Origin: Trichomonas gallinae
Lineage: Eukaryota
Reading direction: 5' to 3'
DNA: 34,698 nt
NCBI GenBank assembly: GCA_008369845.1
Contig: MRSU01002742.1
Coordinates: 1-34,698, forward strand
Shown: positions 22,098 to 32,899 of the stretch, piece by piece
How the letters are laid out: every line of letters starts with the position of its first letter
Position numbering within the stretch: position 1 is the first letter of the stretch
Translations under genes and position numbers: made by a program
The notes under the pieces: generated by a model
The model's input: the letters and a program-made list of their open reading frames with translations, nothing else
The model's database searches: none
What the model was told of the DNA's origin: nothing

Positions 22098-22559
22098 ATG
22101 ATTCACCTCAAAACATTAAATGCAACGAAAGGATTCACAGATGTATACGTTGAACCTGACTGCTGCATTTCTTCACTGAGAAAGTACGAAGGCAATGATT
22201 GCGTATTCTTATTCAAATTCACTGTCTTAGTCGAATCGTTTACTTTTAATTTCTACAACATCAGAGATGGAGATATAATATGCGCCATATCAAGGTATCA
22301 TGCCGACTCTATAAAATATTCTTTAGACAAAAATCCGAAGGCATACTATATAGAGCTCGAGCACCTGAAAATAATTGACCAACGCTATAGGAGGATCGAA
22401 GGAAGCCAGAGTTGCTGCAGAAAGTTCCAGGATTTCAGATTAAAATTGGACGCAAACTATGTTTATGAATATGTCAAAGATATTCATGTTCTTGTTCCAA
22501 AACCACTAGAATCTCCCTCCAAATCGCCCTTACCGATCTTCTGGAAAAATTCAAAATGA
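22098..22559 (+). CDS. Divergent ubiquitin-like-domain protein with C-terminal PS..PLP.FW motif
   Basis: The N-terminal ~65 aa (MIHLKTL...FLFKFTVLVESFTFNFYNIRDGDIICAI) follow the ubiquitin-fold pattern L.f.G..L....T...Y.I..G..I; no di-Gly end. Inr-like TCATT at about 22070. Confidence 0.6.
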   Translation: MIHLKTLNATKGFTDVYVEPDCCISSLRKYEGNDCVFLFKFTVLVESFTFNFYNIRDGDIICAISRYHADSIKYSLDKNPKAYYIELEHLKIIDQRYRRIEGSQSCCRKFQDFRLKLDANYVYEYVKDIHVLVPKPLESPSKSPLPIFWKNSK

Positions 22560-23189
22560 TTTCTTCGTAATTTCGGCTTCATATGTTATTTATTAGACTC
22601 ACCATGTAATTTATATTATGCGATTATATTTGTATAAAGCTTCCCTTTAGTTTTGATTTGACAGGTATATTTTCGGAAGGAACATGTATCAGTACCCATA
22701 TATAGTACTATGGAGGAAATTTCCTTTCTATTTCTTATTTCCAAAAGCCATGCTTACGATTGGTTTTTCGTTTTCGACGATTTTTAATATCCGAATAAGG
22801 TTATTGATCCTTAAAACAAACCAATACTATATTCAGATTACTCTCCATGATTGGAAGCATATTTATAAGTTTCGCATGCCATTATCATTATGAATTCAAT
22901 AGGAATCATATTCTAACAATCGATATTGATCATCTTTAAGTCATGATGTTAAATACCTCAGGTTAAGCATATATAATGATATCATATTAAATCATTTTTA
23001 AATTGAATATTTTTGCGATGCAAATATTTGAGTTTTGTTTCAGTTTAGTGTTAAACACGTATGTACTAGTGTTGTTTAATAAGGATTCATTGGTTACAAT
23101 CAATATTCTTAAGCATATATTATGTTTTACAAATTTAACAAACAGCATGTCATAATTATATTCTTCACTCTATTTCTTTATATCATTCA

Positions 23190-23690
23190 TTATAAAACCT
23201 TCTCAAACGCTCTTCTACAATCACCATCATAATTAATTTCACCGCAGTACACGTAGTTAAGTTTTTCTAATATATGCAGCATTATCTTGTTATCGAAGTT
23301 GGTATCAACCTTGATACTATGGACATTTTTCGATTTTACCAAATCTTCAATCATTTGGAAAATTTTTGTACCCATCCCACGACCTTTAACACTATTATGC
23401 GTTGCAACACGGTGAATAACGCAGTAATCTCCATTTGTTATCCACTTTCCTTCAATATCGTTATAAGCTGGTTCAACGCCAAATACAATCGCTGTGTATG
23501 CGATAATAGAACCGTTTTCATCCAAAACATAGCCATAACCGTTTCGAATATCATTTTCAATAATTTTAGGATTTGGATAACCGTCTTGCCATTGCAGAGA
23601 TCCTTCTGCTTTCCTCTGTGCAATTGCTTGCTGCAATATTTCCCATATTCTATCGATCTCAGTCAATGTGGCCAATCTTAGTTTCAACAT
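23190..23690 (-). CDS. GNAT-family N-acetyltransferase, bacterial type
   Basis: ATG at 23690 (the track start is TTG), Inr-like TCACA at 23702-23698. Motifs QWQDGYP, EPAY..IEGKW, VIHRVA, KGRGMG (acetyl-CoA loop), SIKVDTNFDN..M..ILEKL.Y.YCG. Confidence 0.92.
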   Translation of the reverse strand: MLKLRLATLTEIDRIWEILQQAIAQRKAEGSLQWQDGYPNPKIIENDIRNGYGYVLDENGSIIAYTAIVFGVEPAYNDIEGKWITNGDYCVIHRVATHNSVKGRGMGTKIFQMIEDLVKSKNVHSIKVDTNFDNKIMLHILEKLNYVYCGEINYDGDCRRAFEKVL

Positions 23691-24135
23691 TATCAAATGT
23701 GATGTCAGACATAATTGGATCAACAAATAGTTTTGGATTCCATTAACAATTGGTCAATCTATGGATTATTTATTTAACAATTTTTTAATTTAAATTATTA
23801 GTGTTTGCCTCATATTGCATGCAATTCACACTTGCCTATTATGATTAGTATAAGATTATAGGTTACTCTCATTCTGTAATTAATTCAATTTATAATTCAA
23901 AAAAGTGCAAAAAAAATTCGGTATCAATTAAAGCAACCTGACTATATTGCTTCATTACCTTAATCTAAAACAAAATTTTCTATTTTTCAGAAATAATTCA
24001 ATTATAATCATTTTTATTTGTTCATGAGTGTATACTCCTCTTTTATTATTGATATTTATAATCATGAGATGTTAAAAATGAATATTAGAAAAATTATATT
24101 TATTAACATGATATGTATTTACATAATTGATAAGA

Positions 24136-27100
24136 TTAAAAGTCTCCATTGATAAATTCCATATCTTCATCATAATTTTCGATAGGAATTTTAATGTCTG
24201 ATGGAATTTCAGCAATGATGTCTATGTTACTTATTAATTGTGATCTTGTCATTTCTGACATTTCATTTGATGAAGTCTCAGATGAAGTATAGTCAGAATA
24301 AAAATCAGATTCATTGTTCTGGTAAGTACTCCGATAAAGGTACAAAGCAATTGCTGCTAAGATGAAAAAGACAGCTAAACCAGCAGTAACAGCTCCGATG
24401 AGGAAAGCAGAAGTGATTCCTGATTTGACGTATACCTGCCTGACTACTTCAGTAATTACAATTGTATAAGTATAGCTGATGACTTGTGTCACGATATAAG
24501 TGTAATATGGAACATTTGTGGTGTTACCGTCATCTAAATATGAAATTGTAGAGGATTCTGTTAAAATAGTTGTATTAGAAAGTGTTTCTTTTTGTGATTG
24601 TGTTTCTGTCTTGATAACTTCGGTTGAAATACTATAACCATCAGAAAATGGTAGAGTAGAAGCACTCGGAGAAGGAGTTTGTGGAGGTGTCGCAGTTCTA
24701 GTTGGCTCTGGTGTTGGTCCTGGAGTTCTAACTATAGAAATGGTTAAATTTTGAATTCTTACAAGTGCAGGTGATAATATAGTGTCAGATGTTGTATTAT
24801 ATAATGTTTCGTTTGGAGAAGTATATAGAATGGAATAAAATGAAGTGATTGTGTTGGTGATGACATTTTCTGTATAGAAATAAGAATTACTAACATTTAT
24901 AAATGTTGGCATCGCTGTTGTTGAGTAAGTGTATATAAGAATCATTGTCGGATATGAAAACTGCCTTGTATCGATTTCCATCAATTTAGTACCATTAACT
25001 TGACTTGCATTGAAAGAATTTGTCCAGACTAATGTTGCTGTTAGCATATTTGTTATGAGTGTTGTGTTAGTTTTCAGAATCTGGAGTACATACGCATCAC
25101 CATTAATTTGAGTAATTGTATATCCATTTGTTCGGCTATCTGAGTTCACAACTTGCGTATATAACAAATAATCAGTATTTGTATAAGTTCTAGTGCCACT
25201 ATTATCCGTGAATGTTAGAGTATGTGTTGTTGTGGTTTGAAATATAGATGAAGGAGGTGATTGGAAATTGGTTGATTTATATGTTGAAATTGATATATTT
25301 TTGGCTAATGTTTCAGAAGTAGAGTTTGTAGGTATTATAGTGTAAAGTAAATTTTGTGTCGCTTTAGGAATCAGATCCAAGCTATTTGTAACACTGGTCC
25401 ATGAATAATATTGTGTGCTAGTTTGATAAACAGTTGATGTTTTAATTAATTGATTTGTCGCAACATAAATTTCTTTGTTATAAATGGTAGTGTTGATTTT
25501 TGTAATTATATCTAATTCTGTAAATTTATACACTAATGTGGATGTGTTTGAATAGTTGGTTAGAGTGAATGTTATATTATATATCTTGGATATGGTTGGT
25601 ATTTCGGTGGTATTAGGAGCGAATAAAGTGTTATAATTTTGAATTACGTTAGTAATCATTGTAGTGTTAGTAGATGTAACTATGTATGTTTTTGTTTGTG
25701 CATTAGTTATGCTCTTTGATAATCCAAGGTATGCTATTGTGTCTGCTGTTGTAACTGTAGCAGTTGTTGCGTTAACAATGGTTGTGTTTGCAACACTTGT
25801 AACTTGATTTGGAGAAAGAGATATAGCAGTTTCAACAAAAGTTGCTGTGTATGTGTATGTAGTACTAACACTAGTACTATTGAAAATGTACATTTTGAAG
25901 AATGATGAGGTATTTACATATGTCACAAAACTAGTAGGTGTAGCACCATTTTTGAAATTAAAAGGAATAAATGATGTAACGCTTGAATTTATTACAGTAA
26001 GGGTACTTATTTGATTGGTTGTTAAATTGATATCGCTTGGTGGTACAAAAAGAGATTGTGTTATTTGGAAACTTATGTCTGTATATGTAAATGTAGATAC
26101 ATTAGAATTGATAAATGTTGTACCATAGGTGGATGTTATATCATAGTTCTGAATAGTATAATATTCCTTATTTTCTCTTAATGCCCTGTTCTTATTATTA
26201 TTTGAAGTTTTAATAAATGTTTCAGTCTCTGTTAATGTTAGACTCAAATTATTAACTGTAACTATTTGACTGTTCTCTTTAACATAATATTCTTTGTCAT
26301 TTTCTACTTTATCTACATGAGTGTAAATTGGAATAATAGTGTATATATTGGATATTGTTGGCACCAATGTGGATATATTTTCTTCCCATTTTGGAACATA
26401 AAATATTTTTTCAGTAGTTGCATTAGTTGTAGATACTCGAATTCCTAAAACATTTGTAACTGTAGAATATGGAACAAAAATTGTTGTTGTTAATGGTGTC
26501 ATAATACTGGTAGGTGTGAGAACAAAAGTATCGGTTTCAGTATATGTTGTTGTGTTATCTTTAATCGCTAATGTTAAAGTTGTAGTATTTATGTATAAAT
26601 TGGTAGCTATATTCGAGAGTGTAGTTGTGTAATTGAAATATGATATTGTCTGTTCTGATTGTCTGTCAACATAGGTATAATGATATGTGAGTTTTGTTTT
26701 TCTTTGGTCTCGAGTTGGTGCTGGAGTAGTTATCGTATAACTTGAAACTGTAGTGAAATTATGTCTTGTTGGAGGAGTGAATTTTTTAGTTGTTGGATTA
26801 TGTGTGTAAGTTCTTGTTGTTGGAAGTGGAAGACGAGTAATTGCTGTTGCATTATAGATAAAAGTAGTTGGTTCTGGAACAGATGATGTGTACATTAGTG
26901 TAGTAGTGAAATTAGGAGACTGGTATGAAAAATATGCTGGGGTTGAAAGATTATCAAATTCTTCGCAGTTTTGATTAGATGGTTTTATCATACGAATGAG
27001 GATTGCTGTTGAGTTTTCCCTCCTTACATGTGAATAACCGTTTTGGATAAGGCAAGGATTGAAAAAGTCGTTATTTGACGTCCAAGAAGCAAAACCGTCA

Positions 27101-27942
27101 AACATTATGTGATAACCAGGATTGTGGTATTGAGTATCAAGATTAGTACCATCTGTGACATTGTTTGATGTGAAATTACAATCACTTGTTTGAAGTTCGT
27201 AATTTATATTATTTGTTGCGAAAAAGTTAATCGCTCCACCTCCTCGACCGCGGAAATTGTATTTATGTACTGGGATAGTAAAATTTTCACGAGTAACCAT
27301 AGTTTTTGATGTAATTGAATTATTATCGAATAGGACTTTATATAGACTGAGCTTTGATTCTGATGTAAATATGGCTCCACCTCTTAGTCTAGCAATATTA
27401 CCTTTGAAATTAGTTTCTTCGATATAGTTATCATTCAAATTGTAAAATGTTACAGCGCCACCATCATCACCACCATTGTTATAGTTAAAATTACAATCTA
27501 TGATGTTTATTGATGGATGTGTGAGTGCTTTTATATTTTGTTTTTCGCAGTAAAAACCACCACCTGAAATATAAGCTGTATTATAATCGAAATCTATTTG
27601 TTGAATGTAAACTGGAGAGTTTGATATTGCAATAGCGCCTCCTAATGACGCATGATTCCGATTAAATTTGGAATTTTCAATTAAAATATCAGATTCATAA
27701 CAGAAGATAGCACCTCCAATACCAGATTCTGTATAGCCTCCGAATGCAAAGCAATCTTCATACGTGCAATTTTTCAATTCCAGTGAACATTTATTAAAAT
27801 TTGCATGAGATACGCTTTGAATTCTTGTTGTAGTAGTGATAGATATTGCACTTAGATAATGTGGATCTGGAGTTTCCCATCCAGGTGGCTCAGCGACTGT
27901 CTGGAAAGAAGGGAAGAGCTCACACAAAATCACAAAAAACAT
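24136..27942 (-). CDS. Polymorphic membrane protein (Pmp)-like type I surface protein
   Basis: Hydrophobic N-terminus; repeated GGA[IV] / FxxN motifs (GGAIF, FNRN, GGAIA, FDYN, GGAVT, FKGN, GGAIN); ~800-aa Thr-rich stalk; PT-rich hinge; TM helix (AFLIGAVTAGLAVFFILAAIALYLY); acidic cytoplasmic tail. Confidence 0.9.
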   Translation of the reverse strand: MFFVILCELFPSFQTVAEPPGWETPDPHYLSAISITTTTRIQSVSHANFNKCSLELKNCTYEDCFAFGGYTESGIGGAIFCYESDILIENSKFNRNHASLGGAIAISNSPVYIQQIDFDYNTAYISGGGFYCEKQNIKALTHPSINIIDCNFNYNNGGDDGGAVTFYNLNDNYIEETNFKGNIARLRGGAIFTSESKLSLYKVLFDNNSITSKTMVTRENFTIPVHKYNFRGRGGGAINFFATNNINYELQTSDCNFTSNNVTDGTNLDTQYHNPGYHIMFDGFASWTSNNDFFNPCLIQNGYSHVRRENSTAILIRMIKPSNQNCEEFDNLSTPAYFSYQSPNFTTTLMYTSSVPEPTTFIYNATAITRLPLPTTRTYTHNPTTKKFTPPTRHNFTTVSSYTITTPAPTRDQRKTKLTYHYTYVDRQSEQTISYFNYTTTLSNIATNLYINTTTLTLAIKDNTTTYTETDTFVLTPTSIMTPLTTTIFVPYSTVTNVLGIRVSTTNATTEKIFYVPKWEENISTLVPTISNIYTIIPIYTHVDKVENDKEYYVKENSQIVTVNNLSLTLTETETFIKTSNNNKNRALRENKEYYTIQNYDITSTYGTTFINSNVSTFTYTDISFQITQSLFVPPSDINLTTNQISTLTVINSSVTSFIPFNFKNGATPTSFVTYVNTSSFFKMYIFNSTSVSTTYTYTATFVETAISLSPNQVTSVANTTIVNATTATVTTADTIAYLGLSKSITNAQTKTYIVTSTNTTMITNVIQNYNTLFAPNTTEIPTISKIYNITFTLTNYSNTSTLVYKFTELDIITKINTTIYNKEIYVATNQLIKTSTVYQTSTQYYSWTSVTNSLDLIPKATQNLLYTIIPTNSTSETLAKNISISTYKSTNFQSPPSSIFQTTTTHTLTFTDNSGTRTYTNTDYLLYTQVVNSDSRTNGYTITQINGDAYVLQILKTNTTLITNMLTATLVWTNSFNASQVNGTKLMEIDTRQFSYPTMILIYTYSTTAMPTFINVSNSYFYTENVITNTITSFYSILYTSPNETLYNTTSDTILSPALVRIQNLTISIVRTPGPTPEPTRTATPPQTPSPSASTLPFSDGYSISTEVIKTETQSQKETLSNTTILTESSTISYLDDGNTTNVPYYTYIVTQVISYTYTIVITEVVRQVYVKSGITSAFLIGAVTAGLAVFFILAAIALYLYRSTYQNNESDFYSDYTSSETSSNEMSEMTRSQLISNIDIIAEIPSDIKIPIENYDEDMEFINGDF

Positions 27943-28924
27943 TGCTAATTTGAATAAAAAGTGCCAAAATGTTTAAAATATGACCGATTTAATATGCTTA
28001 TTTGGAGCAAAATGTTGCTAAGGTAAATTTTATAGTCTTTTCAATTTTTAATAATTGTAAAATTCAATATATTCAATTTTCAATGCAATCTTAACATTAT
28101 ATTGTCATATTTATCATATATATAGCAATAAAATCCGAATTTTCGGAATTTTTTCACGCCCGTAAATTTCTTGTACAAAATATAATATCGATATTTATAG
28201 TAATTAATCAATATTTTTTGGAAGAAAACCGCAAAAAAATAAATGGAAGAATTTTTACATTAGGAAATAATTATCATTACTATATGTATAGTATATTGTA
28301 TTTATGAGATTTTTGAGAACCTTAACGATCAACTGTGATCTTTACAGAAACTCGATATTTATATACAATATATCGTAGACTTCATCGATAGCATTAAAAT
28401 TTTCTTTACGCAATTGATAAGAATTTCAAAATCGATTTAGTGGTCTGACATTCAAATGACTCTAAATAATGACAGTTTAAAACTATAATGACATTAACGA
28501 TAGATAGATATTATAATGCAATTTTTTTTTTCGTTCCAAACTACATTTGACCTATTTTTCGCAACAATAAGCAATTAAATTTGAGATAATTTAACTAATA
28601 ACAATTTTATTCATCATTTTCTCCTTCAAAATATATTTTCAAAAATCAAAAATTCAATAAAACTTGGCATCAACTTGTTCAATCTTATCCTTGTAGCACA
28701 TCTTATTTAATGCTTTTTTATTTTCATTCAAAATTTTAATATTTAATTTTCTAACATATATTTTCAACACCGAGGGAGTTTCTTATACCATGAATATCTA
28801 GATATAAGATTGGTTCCATTGTGTTTGCAACAACTGGTTGCGTATATGTTGAGCATAGTTCTTTTAGATTTGTCCAGAATTGAAGAAGAGATTGCAATTA
28901 AATACATTCAAATAAATAAAATAA

Positions 28925-30730
28925 TTAGAAGTCATCATTGTTGATATATTTCAAGTCATTATCATATCGATCATAGTTTTCAATAGGTGCAGCGATATCA
29001 TCTGGATAAAGTATTATTTGGTCATCATTTGTGAAGTATGCTGTTCTAGTTGGTTCAACATCTGTGTCTTCAGTTGTTTCCATGCTAGATTCTGTGGAAT
29101 AAAAATCAGATTCATTGTTCTGGTAAGTACTCCGATAAAGGTACAAAGCAATACCTGCTAAGATGAAAAAGACAGCTAAATCAGCAGTAATAGCTCCGAT
29201 GAGAAAAGCAGAAGTGATTCCTGATTTGACGTATACCTGCCTGACTATAATAATATTAGGATTTTTTATTTTTTTTTTTTTGCGTAGTTTTTTACGCAAA
29301 AATGAGCCTTTTAGCATCGTTAATATTGTTGTATTAGTAATAACATTATTTGTCCAAAAATACGAATTACCTAATTGTATAAATGTATCTTTTGTTGTTC
29401 ATGATTGAGTTTAGAGTTGTATCAATATCGTTGATTGATATTTAAATGGAAAATGTTTTAACGAACTTATATTTACAACTTCAGCTTCGACTGAATTTAT
29501 ATTGAATGAAGTGTCATAAATAAGAGATTCAATTTTCATCAAAGTATTCACTTCCGTGTAAACGTAAACCGTAGTATTTGTATTAAGATGTTCAATTTCT
29601 ATAAAAACCATAGATTGTGTTTTAGATAATGTTGATATTGTCAAAGTTTCATTCATAAATGAGCCAGAAATGAAGTAATATTATTAGGAAGTATCAATAA
29701 TCGCATTTCCAGGTAATATAATTTCTGTGCTAGATTCTGTAATACTCTTTGGTAATCACTTGATTGATGATTTGATTATGAATGTAACTGTAGCAGTTGT
29801 TGCGTTAACAATGGTTGTGTTTGCAACACTTGTAACTTGATTTGGAGAAAGTGATATAGCAGTTTCAACAAAAGTTGCTGTGTATGTGATTGTAGTACCA
29901 ACGCTAGTATTATTGAAAATGTACATTTTGAAGAATGATGAGGTATCTACATATGTCACAAAACTAGTAGATGTAGCACCATTTTTGAAATTAAAAGGAA
30001 TAAATATTGTGCATTCGAATATGTTATTTAGAGGGTGCTAATACTAGTGGTGTAAAGATCTACTTCGCTCTGAAAAGGAAGTTTTGAAAAATTGGGTAAT
30101 TTGAATTCTTTTGTTGTGTAATATATGTTCCAATATTTGATTCTATTTTAATAACGGTGTATGTCAATGAAATATCAAAGTTATTCACCCTATACAAATT
30201 ATTAGGTATTTCTTTTAATGCTCTAATATGTTTGTGTTATATATGTTGTTTTAGTGTAACTTATTGTGTTAGTCGCAGCAAGTGAACCATTAGTAATGGT
30301 CATTGTGCTGACTGTTTGTGAAGAGAAATATTCTGATCCGCTGATTGGGTTTGTGACGGAACTAAAGATCGGTACGAGTGTGTAAACAAGAGTGACACTT
30401 GGAAAACTTGTATCTGTATTCGTCCATGAATGAATATCATAAAATTCTGTTTCTTTGTCAGTATCAGTTGCATTTTGATTAATTATATTTGTTGTTACAT
30501 ATGTTTCATAAGGTAAGAATATTGTTGTATTGATTGGAACAGCAATTGTTTTTGGTTGTAAAATTACAATTGCCTAAGATGTCTCTAACTTTCACTATAT
30601 GTAACTTAATTTAATTCTTTGATCTTGATGAGTCATCAAATTCATGTTTTTTGTATTTTGTTTTTATATTTACCAACTAGACTGTAATATTGGTGGAAAA
30701 TTTATAATATAATCGTATGAAAAATAGGCA
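28925..30730 (-). pseudogene. Fragmented, 5'-truncated paralogue of the adjacent Pmp-like gene
   Basis: Collinear homologous fragments AYFSYD, HQDQRIKLSY, PINTTIFLPY, GNSYFWTNNVITNT, the TM block and PIENYD...DF*. Two near-identical DNA blocks are shared with the intact gene. Multiple stops, frameshifts and deletions; no GGAI domain seen. Confidence 0.88.
29258..29320 (-). mobile_element. 63-bp insertion with hairpin and A-tract, flanked by taatatt direct repeats
   Basis: taatatt at 29251-29257 and 29321-29327; perfect 10-bp stem tttttgcgta/tacgcaaaaa (29277-29302); shares ~40 bp with 12112..12152. Confidence 0.45.
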
Positions 30731-31633
30731 AAACTATTCTGAAGTGAATTTTTTAGGTTAAATTATGATCAACATAACATTCTAATGCTATACATGCCTT
30801 ATTATGTATATCGTTCATAGATATTTTCAAAGCGTTCAAAAATTTTAGATTGAGTCGGATAATTCTTTTTCATATCCTGATTATGAGTTCCAAATGAATC
30901 TATACAGCACCTCTTATAATTTGGACTTGCTCAAGTTTACGCAGGGGTATTCAATTTTGTGAAGTTTACAAACCCTGTCGGTCGACCCTTAAATATTTTG
31001 AACATTTTCCGACTGAAAATTTGGCAAATTTTAAAGTGGAAAATATTGTTCTATTTATAAAATGCTACTGATCATATCTAATCTAACGATTTTTCAATTG
31101 TTAATCCTTCAATAAATTATTGAAAAGTTTTCCCCCTCTGAAATTTTATATATTTTTAACAAATCGATCTGTTTAATATTAAAAATGATTATATACTAAA
31201 AATTGGTATGGCAGATTTCAGTTCTTTTTTTTTATAATATACGATTTATTAATAAACAGACACTGTAATCATTATTTTGCTGTTCTTTTTTATTTATTTG
31301 AATCTGTAAAAAATCGTAAATAACCAAAACAATTACTGCATAGATAATAAAATGAAAATTATTACATTGAGAATTGTTATAATTCAATTAGAAAGTTTTT
31401 AAAGGTTTTACGGGCGTGTAAGCCCCCTAAATATGTGCAAAAATATAATTATGAGGCTTATTATTAATTTCACTTTTAACTGCATTGAAATTTGAATTGA
31501 AAATCATCGAATGCTTAATAATAATTATTTTAATTTATATCCCATGATTTGTTCAAGTTTCACTAATATAACACATTTTTCTAATGTTTTGAAAAATCAA
31601 GGCACATAAAAAGGACATTCAATTGCTATTGAG

Positions 31634-32899
31634 ATGCAATTAACAGGCTTTATTGCTCTCATCTTAGCATTCATAGGATATGCATATGTACAACACAATG
31701 AAGAATACGTCATCAAAGAACTTCCAGGAAAAACATTTGCTCTCCCATCGAAATGTCGACCAAGAAACCTCCCTAGGCTTGTTTATGACAATGCAACAAG
31801 GCTAATTTCATTTAATAAGTACTTATACACTTTTAATGGCTCTTCAAACAGAATTATATATTCGAGTAATGCAACTGAGACGAAAGGTGTTAAAGATAGA
31901 AAATGGGCTTTAGTAGAAGAAGATAGACATTATACACTTAACTACTGCGTAGTGAATCTATACTCTATTTACGATGAAAAATACAGATTTAAATCACTGT
32001 TGCCTGATTTGCATGATAACAATGATTACAGTCTTTCTGATGAAGTATTTAATGAAGTTATTTTCCTTCAATGCGCTTGGAAAGAATTCGGACATCACAT
32101 TCATGATGGTATTATATCGTGTCTATTCGCATTGCCAAAAGAAGTCGTTAAGAGGTCAATGCTTGCAATCAGATTCAACATGGATTTGTCTAAGAAATTC
32201 ATTGACATTCTCGGTATTGAGCATGGACCTTATCTGAATATGAAGGAAAAAACAGGATATTTGTGTAAGATTCTTCATGTTGTAGAGCCAGGTGATGAAG
32301 GAGCAGCACAATTATATGGAGTGAGACTTGCAGTCGAACAAATAAGAAAGAACTTGCAACTAGACAAAATCAATCTAAGCATTGGTATATTCAACAACAG
32401 AGATAAAAATAATCCTCGTGGAAGGCATGTTCTCAACTTTGATGAAATTGTTGCAACAGTTCGACAGAAATATTCGAATGAAACATTCATAGTTATGCAA
32501 GGTCGTGAAATGGAAAATCTGAATTATTCAGTTAAATTATTTGCAGCTGCTAAATATTTCATAGTCACAGTAGGATCTGGTCCTATTAATGTCATATTTA
32601 TGAAGCCTGGAACAGGAATTTCGATTCTTGGATCACAAGCTTTCGATCAAAATGTTCTAACAACATGCTCATCTCTTGGCGTTTGGACAACATATTGTGC
32701 TAATAGCAATTTGATTCACTTCCCAAAGCCATCTCAAAGAAATGCCAATATAAATATAGAAACCAACATGAAATACATAGATAGGATGATTTCTGCAGTG
32801 AGGCATCAATGCTGGCCTCAACTCGAAAAAGATATGATAGTACTATGGGACTATCAACATCTTGCTAAATTCCATGGAGTGAATATTTCATCATCTTAA
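31634..32899 (+). CDS. Glycosyltransferase family 61 (DUF563)-like type II membrane protein
   Basis: N-terminal signal anchor; FGHHIHD; R...RGRHVLNFDEI; VKLFAAAKYFIVTVGSGPINVIFMKPGT matches the GT61 C-terminal signature (LF..A..+VG.HGAGL.N.+F+.PG). Confidence 0.75.
   Translation: MQLTGFIALILAFIGYAYVQHNEEYVIKELPGKTFALPSKCRPRNLPRLVYDNATRLISFNKYLYTFNGSSNRIIYSSNATETKGVKDRKWALVEEDRHYTLNYCVVNLYSIYDEKYRFKSLLPDLHDNNDYSLSDEVFNEVIFLQCAWKEFGHHIHDGIISCLFALPKEVVKRSMLAIRFNMDLSKKFIDILGIEHGPYLNMKEKTGYLCKILHVVEPGDEGAAQLYGVRLAVEQIRKNLQLDKINLSIGIFNNRDKNNPRGRHVLNFDEIVATVRQKYSNETFIVMQGREMENLNYSVKLFAAAKYFIVTVGSGPINVIFMKPGTGISILGSQAFDQNVLTTCSSLGVWTTYCANSNLIHFPKPSQRNANINIETNMKYIDRMISAVRHQCWPQLEKDMIVLWDYQHLAKFHGVNISSS

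Noticed and set aside
22684..22893. Short ORF; an alternative frame contains AYDWFFVFDD, reminiscent of GT31 DxD motifs
   Set aside because: A single 10-residue resemblance followed by stops; insufficient support.
23274..23681. 135-aa plus-strand ORF
   Set aside because: Antisense shadow of the GNAT gene.
28925..29317. 130-aa ORF as a standalone tail-anchored gene
   Set aside because: Its ATG and poly-Lys N-terminus come from the inserted A-tract sequence; it is better explained as part of the Pmp pseudogene.
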